Source: an uncultured Acidobacteriota bacterium
GTDB taxonomy: Bacteria; Acidobacteriota; Thermoanaerobaculia; Multivoradales; JAHEKO01
NCBI GenBank assembly: GCA_963713825.1
Contig: CAVQNG010000025.1
Coordinates: 704,001-768,000 of the forward strand
Direction of reading: 5' to 3'
Length of the DNA: 64,000 nucleotides
The notes under the pieces are model-generated. The model did no database searches and was not told where the DNA came from. It was given only the letters and a program-made list of their open reading frames with translations. Below, piece after piece: positions 39,146 through 48,405 of this stretch. The position numbers were made by a program, and so were the translations under genes. The stretch's first letter is position 1, and every line of letters starts with the position of its first letter.

Positions 39146-40762
39146 TCAGTCGATTGGGAGCTTCATCACCGCTTCTGCTCCGCCATCTTCGAGATTGACT
39201 AGGGTCACCGATCCTCCATGGTCCTCGGCAACCCGCTTGACCAGTGCCAAGCCAAGCCCGGTGCCGGAATCTCGGCCCGTCACGAAGGGATCGAAAAACC
39301 TGCCGTCCAACTCCGGGTCGAGCCCTGGTCCCTGGTCCTGAATGCGAATCAGTGCCATGCCGTTGTGCTCTGCCGCTTGCACGGCAATCCGCCCCCCAGA
39401 GGGGCTAGCCTGAATAGCGTTGCGAATGAGGTTGATCATGGCTCTGTGGATGGATTGCCGGTCAATCCTCGCGGAAGCCGAGCCGGAGACCTCCTCGAGC
39501 AGCACGCCTCGATCGGCAGCTTCTTCGGACATCAGGTCCAAGACCTCCCGCGCGATGGTCACCAGATCGGTTTCGGAGCGCCGGTCGGACACCGGGCTCG
39601 CCAATTCGAGAAAACCCCGCAGAACTCCTTCGAGGCGGCCAATCTCTGCCCGAATGCGACCGGCAATGCGCCGCAACTCGGTGTTGTCGGGCAACTTTCT
39701 CTCGAGGCGTTGAGCTGCCAGGCCGATGGCGTTCATCGGGCTCCGAACTTCGTGGGCCATTCCCGCCGTCAAGGCACCGGCGGCAGCCAGTCGCTCGCTG
39801 CGACGTCGTGCAGTCTCGGCCTCGGCTAGCCGTTGACTGGCCTCCTCACGCTCACGGGCGCGCAGTCGACTGACGACGGCGAACCCGGCCGCGCTGACGG
39901 CGAAGCCGGTCAGGATCAGCCCGAGTAACAGGGACCTCCACATGGTCTGCGAGGCCGTTCGTTGGAGTCCGCTACCGTCCAAGCCGACGCGTAGGGCAGC
40001 GCTGGTTCCGGCCGGTGATTCGATGGGCATTTCCACTTCTAGAGCGGTCTGCCCGCGGAGATCGAAGAGTCGCTGGTTCGATGGCGGCCTCGGTGGCACG
40101 GCGCCATCGTCCCAGGCGACGTCGACCACATTCCCAGAAGGTTCCTCGCGATAGCTGAGGTAGAGCACCCCTCCTGCGCCTACCAGTCTTTGCAGCAGGT
40201 TCTCGACCCCGAGCCGACGCGCGAAGGTTCGGGCCGTAGACGGATGAACTCGGACCAGCACTACGCCTCCGGAGGGCGTTCGCACAGCAGCGCCCAGATG
40301 CTCGACACCGTCTTCGAGTGAGGTGCCCAGAACAACCTCATCGGCGTCTTTGTTGAAGAGGTCTTGTAGCTCGTCTTTGACCCTTTCGGGCACCCCTTCC
40401 CCCAGGAGCTGGCGTTCTTGCTGGTCTGAGTCATAGAAGACGACCGAGTCGAGGCCGTTGTTGGCCGCCAGATCTTCGAGCAGCTCCTGGTCGTCTCTCC
40501 CAGCCTGTCGCAGCTCCGCCAGGAGGCGCGCGTTGTCGAGCATCTTCCAGGCAATGATCTCGTCGAGCTCGCGGCTGGCATGGGATGCGGCCACCAGCCC
40601 TGGTCCGAGCGACCTCGCCAGGACGGTGGCTTGTGCGGTGAGCGCTGCCTGGACCTGGCTGCGCTGATGGCGCGCTTCGAGGATAGTCCAGCTGAATAGC
40701 AGGACAGCCAGCAGCAGGGAGAAGACAACTAAGGTACGGGCGCGAGCTGGGCTCACGGGCAC
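39146..40762 (-). CDS. Sensor histidine kinase (NtrB/ZraS-like, periplasmic sensor)
   Basis: Two TM segments, ERLAAAG...MAHEVRSPM, NLIRNAIQA, DQGPG, GTGLGL. Confidence 0.93.
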   Translation of the reverse strand: MPVSPARARTLVVFSLLLAVLLFSWTILEARHQRSQVQAALTAQATVLARSLGPGLVAASHASRELDEIIAWKMLDNARLLAELRQAGRDDQELLEDLAANNGLDSVVFYDSDQQERQLLGEGVPERVKDELQDLFNKDADEVVLGTSLEDGVEHLGAAVRTPSGGVVLVRVHPSTARTFARRLGVENLLQRLVGAGGVLYLSYREEPSGNVVDVAWDDGAVPPRPPSNQRLFDLRGQTALEVEMPIESPAGTSAALRVGLDGSGLQRTASQTMWRSLLLGLILTGFAVSAAGFAVVSRLRAREREEASQRLAEAETARRRSERLAAAGALTAGMAHEVRSPMNAIGLAAQRLERKLPDNTELRRIAGRIRAEIGRLEGVLRGFLELASPVSDRRSETDLVTIAREVLDLMSEEAADRGVLLEEVSGSASARIDRQSIHRAMINLIRNAIQASPSGGRIAVQAAEHNGMALIRIQDQGPGLDPELDGRFFDPFVTGRDSGTGLGLALVKRVAEDHGGSVTLVNLEDGGAEAVMKLPID

Positions 40763-40802
40763 ATCCTAGCGCGCTGTCGGGGTTCGAGCGAAGCGCAGAA
40801 AG

Positions 40803-40829
40803 GCAAAGGGGGCGGTGCCGACCGCCCCC
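40803..40829 (-). terminator. Rho-independent terminator after the 41381 gene
   Basis: Perfect 9-bp stem GGGGGCGGT/ACCGCCCCC followed on the minus strand by TTTGCCTTT. Confidence 0.7.
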
Positions 40830-40859
40830 GAGCTCGTGTTGTGTGTGCTGCTGATCGTG

Positions 40860-41381
40860 TCAACCTCTGCCGTTGCCGCCGCGGTTTCCACCACCGCCAC
40901 CGCCTCCACCACGGTTGCCGCCACCCTGGCCTCCGCCCTGGCAGTTGCCGTTTCCAGTCCCCTGGTTGTTCCCACGCTGATGTCCCGCTCCGGAGCCATC
41001 CCGGAGCCGCTGCTGGGTCCCGACCATCTGGCCACCCTGGTTCTTGTAAGAGCTCATCTGTCTGTTGCGTTTCACCTTCATCGATTGCACCTGTCCAGCC
41101 TGGCCCCCAGATCCCTGCATGACCCGGGCCCGAACCTGGTCTCCGACCTGCACGCAATCGGCGCACTGGCCTGCTCGACCCAGCCTCAGCTGCATCTCCT
41201 CGCCCTGTCGGGTTCTGATGGTGAAGTGATCGAACTCGCCATCGTTCTGGGTCTGTTGCTGCTGTTGGAGTTGGATCACCTCTCCTCGCACCTTCTGGGT
41301 ACTCTCCTGAGCCGAGAGGGGGAGGGTGGTGTAGAGGGCCGCCACGATTATCAGGGTCATGATCTTTGCTGCTCGTTTCAT
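40860..41381 (-). CDS. Exported OB-fold protein with CxxC and Gln/Gly-rich low-complexity tail
   Basis: GGAGG RBS before ATG 41381; signal peptide; KVRGEV...LRLG...QCADC...VGDQVRARV; tail QQRLRDGSG...GGGNRGGG. Confidence 0.8.
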   Translation of the reverse strand: MKRAAKIMTLIIVAALYTTLPLSAQESTQKVRGEVIQLQQQQQTQNDGEFDHFTIRTRQGEEMQLRLGRAGQCADCVQVGDQVRARVMQGSGGQAGQVQSMKVKRNRQMSSYKNQGGQMVGTQQRLRDGSGAGHQRGNNQGTGNGNCQGGGQGGGNRGGGGGGGGNRGGNGRG

Positions 41382-41456
41382 GGTTTCGTTCCTCCGCATT
41401 TCCGCAGTGGGTCTGGTTTGTGAGTCCTCTTTCATGCCCATCAACGGTGGGATATA

Positions 41457-41471
41457 GCAGAGTTCGTGCCA
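41457..41471 (-). promoter_or_regulatory. Sigma-54 (-24/-12) promoter
   Basis: Minus strand TGGCAC-GAACT-CTGC(T). Confidence 0.8.
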
Positions 41472-41546
41472 GATCTTGAGAGCGTTGTAACTGTTGAGTT
41501 GAATGCTACTTATGAGAGAGGCGTCGCGTTCTCGACGCTTTCTCGC

Positions 41547-41594
41547 TTCGACAATCGCGTCGAATGAGAGGCCTGGCTTCGACGGATCTTGCCG
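41547..41594. promoter_or_regulatory. Tandem candidate activator sites (UAS type 1)
   Basis: TTCGAC-AATCGC-GTCGAA, then TTCGACGGATCTTGCCG 31 nt later. Confidence 0.7.
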
Positions 41595-41662
41595 CCCGGA
41601 TCGGCGTTGGGATCCGGCATGCTCGCTGAGCGAGACGCTTCTTTGCGCCTGCTCTCCCAAGG

Positions 41663-41693
41663 GCTTGTGATTTTCTTCACAAGCTGTTATGAT
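41663..41693 (+). promoter_or_regulatory. Sigma-70 promoter overlapped by a Rex/CRP-type palindrome
   Basis: TTGTGA-N17-TATGAT with extended -10 TGn; palindrome GCTTGTGA-TTTTCT-TCACAAGC covers the -35 element. Confidence 0.7.
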
Positions 41694-41699
41694 CCTTTC

Positions 41700-41910
41700 A
41701 AGTTAGCTCGAAAGAGCTGGAGAGTATTGACTGGGAGGTTCCCCTTTCGAAGAGTGTTTTCCTACCAACTCTATCGGAGATCGCAAGATCTCGAACGCCT
41801 CTAGATACTCCTATCCCATTCCCTGGAAATCACCAGGGTAAAGTCGAAACCAACCAACCTACAACGGAACCTCCCAATCCTCTCTCTCCGATCGCAAGAT
41901 CGGAGGGGGA
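41700..41910 (+). ncRNA. Candidate structured non-coding RNA (family not recognised)
   Basis: Three GNRA-capped hairpins, an 11-bp long-range helix (41732-41742/41866-41876), C/A-rich unpaired linkers, own promoter, no credible ORF. Confidence 0.65.
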
Positions 41911-42187
41911 GCTCCGCGCTGTCTCCTGAGACCAGCAGAATCAGTGATGGGGCCGGTCGAATTTCTTCTCGCCCGCCTCGATGCGGGCCTCCAGACGGTT
42001 CTGTCTCGGGCAGAGCATCCAGACGCAGAGTCTTCCCGGCTACCGTAAAGATCACCGCGCCCCACGATGTTTGTTGATTGATCGTCCCCATGACATTGGG
42101 GATCGAAGTCAGGAATGCTGCAGTTCGTTGGATTGCCCAGTTCGAGTGCGCCGTCTCTGTCCCAGTCTGGCTTAGACTATCCCAGCG

Positions 42188-43273
42188 ATGTCGACCAAAA
42201 AGGAAGGACTCGGTGACAATGAGAGCTTCGAAGTGAGCCGCGATCCAGCATCGATCCGGAGCGGCTCGAGGCAGGCACCTTTCTTCTCGGTCGTGATTCC
42301 CGTACTGAATGGAGGGCCGGTGTTTCGAGAGTCTCTCGCAGCGCTGCACCGATCGTCCTTCAGGGACTTCGAGGTGTGGGTTGTGGATGACGGCTCGACC
42401 GATGGTTCCGTCGCGGCGGCCGAAGAGTCAGGGGCTCGTCTCCTGGGGACTCGGGGACGGCAGGGACCTTCCGTGGCCCGCAATCTGGGGGCTGAGAAGG
42501 CTCGGGGGGAGTTCCTCTTGTTTGTCGATGCCGACTGCAGTGTCGGGCCGGAGACGCTGAGCCTGGCGGCAGCCGCGTTGCGCGCCGACGAATCACTGGA
42601 TGCTCTGTTCGGGTCCTACGATGACGAGCCGGCCGCCCCCGGATGGGTGGCACAGTACAAGAACTTGCAGCACCACTGGGTTCATCAGCAGGGAGCCCCC
42701 GATGCCTCGACCTTCTGGGCCGGTTGCGGCGCGATTCGCCGCCGAGTCTTCCTGGACCTGGGGGGCTTCGACGAGGTTCGCTACCCTCGGCCCACCATCG
42801 AAGACATCGAGTTGGGTTACCGACTACGGGCCTCGGGCCGGCGCATTCGCCTCGCCAAGGAGGTGCAGGTCAAGCACCACAAGGCCTGGTCTCTGCAGAG
42901 CGTCGTTCAGAGCGACCTTTTCGACCGGGGAATCCCCTGGAGTGAGCTCCTCGCCGGTCGTGAAGGACCCGCCAAGGAGCTCAATCTCGGCTCGGGCGGT
43001 CGGCTGAGCGTGGTCTCGGCCGTTCTGTTGCTGGCCTCCTTCGTCCTGATTCTGTTCGAGCCACGCTGGGCTCTTCTGGCTGGCCTCGCCCTCGCAACCT
43101 TGCTCTGGCTGAATAGGGACTTCTACAGGTTTCTATCGTCCAAGCGAGGACCGGCCTTTCTACTCGTAGCTCTACCTCTGCATTGGCTCTACTACCTGAA
43201 TTGCGCCGTCGCGTTTCCTGTCGGCCAGTTGCGCTACCAATGGCGTAAGTTGCTGAAGGCAGTAGGGGCTTAG
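42188..43273 (+). CDS. Family 2 glycosyltransferase with C-terminal TM helices
   Basis: SVVIP, VVDDGSTD, ARNLG, FVDAD, GGFDE, IEDIELG. Confidence 0.92.
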   Translation: MSTKKEGLGDNESFEVSRDPASIRSGSRQAPFFSVVIPVLNGGPVFRESLAALHRSSFRDFEVWVVDDGSTDGSVAAAEESGARLLGTRGRQGPSVARNLGAEKARGEFLLFVDADCSVGPETLSLAAAALRADESLDALFGSYDDEPAAPGWVAQYKNLQHHWVHQQGAPDASTFWAGCGAIRRRVFLDLGGFDEVRYPRPTIEDIELGYRLRASGRRIRLAKEVQVKHHKAWSLQSVVQSDLFDRGIPWSELLAGREGPAKELNLGSGGRLSVVSAVLLLASFVLILFEPRWALLAGLALATLLWLNRDFYRFLSSKRGPAFLLVALPLHWLYYLNCAVAFPVGQLRYQWRKLLKAVGA

Positions 43274-43376
43274 GGGAATGGGCGAGGGCCCCACAGCCTC
43301 AAAGGTAGGCCGGAGGCAGGATGGACTCCTCAACCCCCAAGCCCCAAGGTTCGGCCGGAAGGTACGGCCGGACGCC

Positions 43377-44888
43377 TCAACCCTCATGGTGGGATGGGCG
43401 ACTGGGTCGTGCATCTTCTGGGATGCCCCCGATCAGGGCGAGCGTCGCGCTGTACGTCACGATGCCGGCGAGCAGTCGCAGAAGCCAGGACGAGCTCGGT
43501 CCCAGCCAGAGGAGCAGCGCTGTCATCACCGCGGACGCCACGATCGGTTTGATCAGGAGGCCGAACGCAATATCGACTTTCAGCCGCCGACAAGCCAGGT
43601 AGTCGAGAGTCAGGATGAGCCCTTCGGCGATCACCGTGGCGACAGCTGCCCCCATGATGCCGTGCCTGGGGATGAGAATCAGATTCAAGACGATGTTGAG
43701 AGATGCGGCGATCGCCTGGATCCACATCAAGACCCGGGTCCGGTCGTGGGCCAACAAAGTAATTCCCAACAGGCCGTGCAGGAACATGAACGCGACGCTG
43801 ACGAGGAGCAGGCGAAAGGCGTCGGCTCCCTCGCCGTACTCGGGACCGAACAGATTGACGAGAAGCGGGCCGGCGAGGAGGATCCCGCCTGTAGCCATGG
43901 GGATTGCGAGCGCGGCGCAAAACTCGAGGGCTCGATTGACGAGCTGACTGACCTCCTGGGACGATCGGTGGGCGGCTCTGGAGAGAGCGGGTAGATAGGC
44001 CACCTGCAGGGAGTGGCCGATGAGGATGACGAGAAAGCAGATTCGATAGGCCGCTGTGTAAAGGCCAACGGCGATCTCCCCAATCAGCAGGGAGAGTAGG
44101 ACGACATCGAAAACGTTGATCAGGGCGCGGAGCAATTGGCCAATGACGAAAGGGACCGAGGCTCGAAAGATCGACCGGGCCTTGTCCAGATCGGGGGTCC
44201 AGGGAGATCCCTTGAAGAGAGGCACGGCCAGATAGGCAGCCCCAACAAGCTCACCGAAGAGGACGCAGATCGGCACCCAGAGAATATTCTCGGGTCCGCG
44301 GACGACAAGAAAGAGCGCCGCCACATAGACGGCCTGTCCCAGGATCAGGCTGATTCCGACGCGACGGTTTCTCGCCAGCCCCTTGTACACCCAGCCGGTG
44401 TCCAGGGACAGGGAGATGTAAGTGAGGGCGGTGAGCATGACGACCCACTTGACGATCTCCGGCTTGTCGAGCACCAGGGTTCCCAGATAGGTCAGCAGAA
44501 AGACCCCGCTTGCAAGAGCCAGACGCAGCACGATGACCCCGCCGGTCACGGGCGCGATTTGACCTGGGTGGCGGGCCACCTCGCGTGCCCCCACAGGACC
44601 GAAACCGGCCCTCAGAGCAATTGCGAAGTAGCTGCAAACTGCGGTGGCGAAGCCGATGACGCCGAATCCGTAGACTCCGAGTCGGCGCGCGAGATAAGCG
44701 GTGCCGATGAAAGCGACCGCCTTCGAAATGACGATTCCGCTGCCCAGGGATAGAAAATTGTCCAACACGGTACTGGACCCCATTGGACTGTCGGGCGATT
44801 GGCTCCGATTGTCCGAGGTCGAGCCTTCGAGACCATGATCGATCTGGGTACCGTCGGCGTCGGGGAGTTCGGATTCAGCAGCGGCCAA
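43377..44888 (-). CDS. Polysaccharide flippase (Wzx/MOP family)
   Basis: Multi-TM; YLARRLG...FG, VGLYTAAYR, LNIVLNLILIP.HGIMGAAVAT. Start may be ATG 44783. Confidence 0.9.
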   Translation of the reverse strand: MAAAESELPDADGTQIDHGLEGSTSDNRSQSPDSPMGSSTVLDNFLSLGSGIVISKAVAFIGTAYLARRLGVYGFGVIGFATAVCSYFAIALRAGFGPVGAREVARHPGQIAPVTGGVIVLRLALASGVFLLTYLGTLVLDKPEIVKWVVMLTALTYISLSLDTGWVYKGLARNRRVGISLILGQAVYVAALFLVVRGPENILWVPICVLFGELVGAAYLAVPLFKGSPWTPDLDKARSIFRASVPFVIGQLLRALINVFDVVLLSLLIGEIAVGLYTAAYRICFLVILIGHSLQVAYLPALSRAAHRSSQEVSQLVNRALEFCAALAIPMATGGILLAGPLLVNLFGPEYGEGADAFRLLLVSVAFMFLHGLLGITLLAHDRTRVLMWIQAIAASLNIVLNLILIPRHGIMGAAVATVIAEGLILTLDYLACRRLKVDIAFGLLIKPIVASAVMTALLLWLGPSSSWLLRLLAGIVTYSATLALIGGIPEDARPSRPSHHEG

Positions 44889-45013
44889 AGGTTTGAGCTC
44901 GAGAAGAGGGTGCGATCGTTTTCCGGGTCGTGGTGCGTTGAACTCTATCCTCTCCGGCTGTTCAGCGGGAGGGAGCCGGCGATCGTGGGTCGGGATAGGA
45001 TAGGCGCCGACTC

Positions 45014-46831
45014 ATGAGCAAGACCATCATTATCGGCGCCGGTCCGGCCGGTCTCACCGCGGCCAATGAGTTGCTCACTCTGGGCCACCCCGCAGAAGTC
45101 TACGAGATGGATGCGGTGGTTGGCGGGATCTCTCGCACCGCTCAGTATCGCGGCTATCGATTCGATATCGGCGGACACCGGTTCTTCACCAAGGTTCCGG
45201 CGGTCCAGGAGCTGTGGGAAGAGGTGCTCGGCGACGATCTCTTGGAGCGCCCCCGGCTCTCCAGGATCTACTACAACGACAAGTTCTTCGACTACCCCTT
45301 GAAGCCTCTGAACGCACTGCGGGGACTCGGACCGATCGAAGCGGGTCGAGTGGGCCTGAGCTATCTCTGGGCTCAGGTGGCGCCTCACCCTACCGAGAAC
45401 AACTTCGAGGAGTGGGTCTCCAACCGGTTCGGCCGTCGTCTTTTCGAAGTCTTCTTCAAGACCTACACAGAGAAGGTGTGGGGCATGCCCTGCACGGAGA
45501 TCAGCGCTGACTGGGCTGCGCAGCGCATCAAGAACCTGGACCTGTTCAAGGCAGTCAAGAATTCTCTGATCGGCTCGGTGGGTGATCGGGAGGTCATCAC
45601 GACGCTGATCGACCGCTTCCACTATCCGCGACTCGGTCCTGGAATGATGTGGGAGCGTCTCACCGAGCGACTAAGGGAATCGGGCACACCTGTGCACCTC
45701 GAGACTCCGGTGCAAGAGCTGCATCACCGCGACGGCCGAATTACGGCCGTCACGGTCGGAGCGGCCGACGGTGGAGGCAACAGGGAATTGCCGGCAGATC
45801 ACGTCATCTCTTCGATGCCCCTCCGAGAGCTGCTATTGAGCTTTTCTCCACCGCCGCCGGCCGAAGTCCGGCAGGCGGCGAACCGACTGCGATACCGCGA
45901 TTTCCTCACGGTGATTCTGATCGTGCGACAGAAAGATGTGTTCCCCGACAACTGGATCTACATCCACTCGCCGGATGTCCGGGTCGGTCGCGTACAGAAT
46001 TTCGGCAGCTGGAGCCCCGAGATGGTGCCCGATGCTTCGACGACCTCACTCGGACTGGAGTACTTCGTTCAGGAGGGCGATGACCTGTGGAGCTCCTCTG
46101 ACGAGGCCCTTCTCGAGCTCGGAGCTCGGGAGCTGGCCGTCCTCGGTCTGGCTCCGGAGGAGAGCGTGGTTGACGGCACCGTCGTCCGCATGCCGAAGGC
46201 CTACCCGGTCTACGATGACGCGTACAAAGAGGCGCTGGCCCTGATTCGAGGCTATCTCTCCGGCTTCCCGAATCTGCAGGTCATAGGACGCAACGGCCAG
46301 CACCGCTACAACAATCAGGACCATTCGATGCTGGCGGGGATGCTGGCGGCACGCAATGTTCTCGGCGAGTCGCACGATGTCTGGGCGGTCAACGTGGAGC
46401 AGGAGTACCACGAGGAGGTCTCGGACGGCGAGGGGAAGGTCAAGGACCGGTTGACCCCCGAGCGCCTGGATCGACCCGAGCTCGAAGAGCTCATTCAGCA
46501 GGCGTTTGCGCGCTTCGATCCCATCGCTCTAGGTACGGCGGTCGGTTCCGTTGCCGCTCTCATCCTCTTTGCGAGCACAGTGGCGCTCCTGCTCGAAGGC
46601 AGTGATCCGCTGGGCCCGACGCTTTCGCTTCTGGGTCAGTTCCTGACCGGCTATCAGGTATCCTGGACTGGAGCGCTCGTCGGTTTTGCAGAGGCCGGAG
46701 TGCTCGGGTTCGGGCTCGGCTGGCTGATGGCCAAGATGATGAATCTGCTGGTGGGTGCGACCGAAAGGTCGATCCGCCGCCGTCTGGAGATTGGAGAGGT
46801 CTTGGATCCACTGAATGCCGGAGAGCTATGA
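45014..46831 (+). CDS. FAD-dependent oxidoreductase (HemY/UDP-galactopyranose mutase-like) with C-terminal membrane domain
   Basis: GAGPAG, FDIGGHRFFTK, YTEKVWG, WIYIH, AYPVY, GRNGQHRYNNQDHSM. Confidence 0.88.
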   Translation: MSKTIIIGAGPAGLTAANELLTLGHPAEVYEMDAVVGGISRTAQYRGYRFDIGGHRFFTKVPAVQELWEEVLGDDLLERPRLSRIYYNDKFFDYPLKPLNALRGLGPIEAGRVGLSYLWAQVAPHPTENNFEEWVSNRFGRRLFEVFFKTYTEKVWGMPCTEISADWAAQRIKNLDLFKAVKNSLIGSVGDREVITTLIDRFHYPRLGPGMMWERLTERLRESGTPVHLETPVQELHHRDGRITAVTVGAADGGGNRELPADHVISSMPLRELLLSFSPPPPAEVRQAANRLRYRDFLTVILIVRQKDVFPDNWIYIHSPDVRVGRVQNFGSWSPEMVPDASTTSLGLEYFVQEGDDLWSSSDEALLELGARELAVLGLAPEESVVDGTVVRMPKAYPVYDDAYKEALALIRGYLSGFPNLQVIGRNGQHRYNNQDHSMLAGMLAARNVLGESHDVWAVNVEQEYHEEVSDGEGKVKDRLTPERLDRPELEELIQQAFARFDPIALGTAVGSVAALILFASTVALLLEGSDPLGPTLSLLGQFLTGYQVSWTGALVGFAEAGVLGFGLGWLMAKMMNLLVGATERSIRRRLEIGEVLDPLNAGEL

Positions 46832-47145
46832 CGCGAAAGAGCACAGCTGATGAAGAGACCCTGATCCGCTCCGCCGTGGCGCGCTTGCGAGCCGGCATCT
46901 TGGCCATCGCCTGCGGCCTTCTGGCCGGCACCGGACTCTTCGTCGCCACCGTGTGGCTCGTTCTCCAGGGCGGAGAGACGGTCGGGCCGCATCTCGGCTT
47001 GTTGCGCTACTACCTACCTGGATATTCGGTCACCTGGCCTGGCGCTTTCCTGGGCTTCTTCTATGGTTTTCTTCTCGGCGTCATCGTCGGTGGCATGACC
47101 GGTTGGATCTACAATCGAGTGGCTGACTGGAGACAATCTCGATAG
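46828..47145 (+). CDS. Small membrane protein homologous to the C-terminus of the upstream oxidoreductase
   Basis: ATGA overlap; GPHLGLL.YYLPGYSVTWPGA matches GPTLSLL.QFLTGYQVSWTGA. Confidence 0.85.
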   Translation: MTRKSTADEETLIRSAVARLRAGILAIACGLLAGTGLFVATVWLVLQGGETVGPHLGLLRYYLPGYSVTWPGAFLGFFYGFLLGVIVGGMTGWIYNRVADWRQSR

Positions 47146-47220
47146 AGGGCAAGCTGGAGAGCCGTCAATCTCGCCGGCCGAGGGCGGTCGGTCTATGAAC
47201 CCGGGGGGTCTCGCAAGACG

Positions 47221-48006
47221 ATGGAGCTAAAGGGTCGGATCGCGCTGGTCACCGGCGCCGCTCACCGGCTGGGCAAGGCTGTCGCGACGGCTTTGGCAGC
47301 AGAGGGATGCCACCTGGTCGTCCACTTCGGCCGCTCGGCGCGACAAGCCGCCCAGACCGTCGACGAATTGTCGGCCGTGGGGGTAGAGGCGGTGGCGATG
47401 GCAGCCGACCTCTCGCAGGAGGACGAGATCGAGGGGCTCTTCTCGCGGGTCGAAACCCAGTTTGGCAAGCTCGACATTCTCGTCAACAGCGCGGCTAGTT
47501 TCGAGCAGCAGGCATTCGACGCTGTGCGAGCCGAAGACTGGGATCGGGTCATGGCGGTGAATCTGCGAGCCCCTTTTCTCTGCACCCGACAAGCCGCCCG
47601 GCTGATGAGAGCGAGCCGACGGGAAGAAGAGCTGCCGGCACTGGTCGTAAACATGGTCGATCTCAGCGCCGTCTCGCCCTGGCCGGGGTACGTCCAGCAT
47701 GGCGTCAGCAAAGCGGGATTGCTTCAGTTGACTAGAATCGCTGCCAGGGAGTTGGCTCCGGGGGTACGAGTCAACGCGATTCTGCCGGGCGCAGTCCTCC
47801 CCCCACCCGGGATGGAAGCGCAGAGTGAGCAATGGCGGAAGATGGGCGAGCTTCTGCCGGTCGGTCGGACTGGTGAGCCTTCCCAGGTTGGTCGAACGGC
47901 AGTTTTCTTGGCGCAAAACGACTTCATAACCGGCGAAGTGATCTTCGTCGACGGTGGAGAGCATCTCCTTGGTGCGGGTCATCGTCGGTCGGTCGAGGAG
48001 ATCTGA
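47221..48006 (+). CDS. SDR oxidoreductase, FolM/pteridine reductase-like
   Basis: TGAAHRLG, LVNSA, NMVD, HGVSK (His at the usual Tyr position); upstream of folB and folK. Confidence 0.85.
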   Translation: MELKGRIALVTGAAHRLGKAVATALAAEGCHLVVHFGRSARQAAQTVDELSAVGVEAVAMAADLSQEDEIEGLFSRVETQFGKLDILVNSAASFEQQAFDAVRAEDWDRVMAVNLRAPFLCTRQAARLMRASRREEELPALVVNMVDLSAVSPWPGYVQHGVSKAGLLQLTRIAARELAPGVRVNAILPGAVLPPPGMEAQSEQWRKMGELLPVGRTGEPSQVGRTAVFLAQNDFITGEVIFVDGGEHLLGAGHRRSVEEI

Positions 48007-48033
48007 GTTACGAATCCCAGGAGCGCTCGATTC

Positions 48034-48402
48034 ATGACAGACGACAAGCTATTGATCAACGATCTTCTCCTGAGGGGCATCGTGGGCCTCAACGACTGGG
48101 AGAGAGAGAAGAAGCAGGACATCCTGATCAATCTGACGGTCTTTGTGGACACCAGGGCCGCTGGTGAGTCCGATGACATTGAAGATTCGGTCAACTACCG
48201 CACGCTCACGAAGGCCATCATCCAGTATGTGGAAGGATCTTCCCACTACCTGGTGGAGACGCTGGCGGCAGCGATAGCGAAGATCGCGATCGTGGACTTC
48301 GGAGCCCAAGGTATCCGAGTTCGCGTCGAGAAGATGGGTGCCTTGCGTTTTTCTCGCTCGGTCGGTGTGGAGATCGAGCGCCGCCGCGCGGATTTCGATT
48401 GA
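48034..48402 (+). CDS. folB: Dihydroneopterin aldolase
   Basis: GIVGLNDWERE.KQ, DSVNY, LVETLA, VRVEK, VGVEIER. Confidence 0.92.
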   Translation: MTDDKLLINDLLLRGIVGLNDWEREKKQDILINLTVFVDTRAAGESDDIEDSVNYRTLTKAIIQYVEGSSHYLVETLAAAIAKIAIVDFGAQGIRVRVEKMGALRFSRSVGVEIERRRADFD

Positions 48403-48405
48403 GCC

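Noticed and set aside
41700-41910. Assignment of the RNA as 6S, tmRNA, SRP, RNase P or a known riboswitch
   Set aside because: I could not see their hallmark sequences or usual gene context; an Rfam search is needed to exclude them firmly.
41801-42349. 182-aa minus ORF across the ncRNA candidate
   Set aside because: Overlaps the GT2 gene antisense and has no protein-like features; RNA structure and promoter point to the plus strand.
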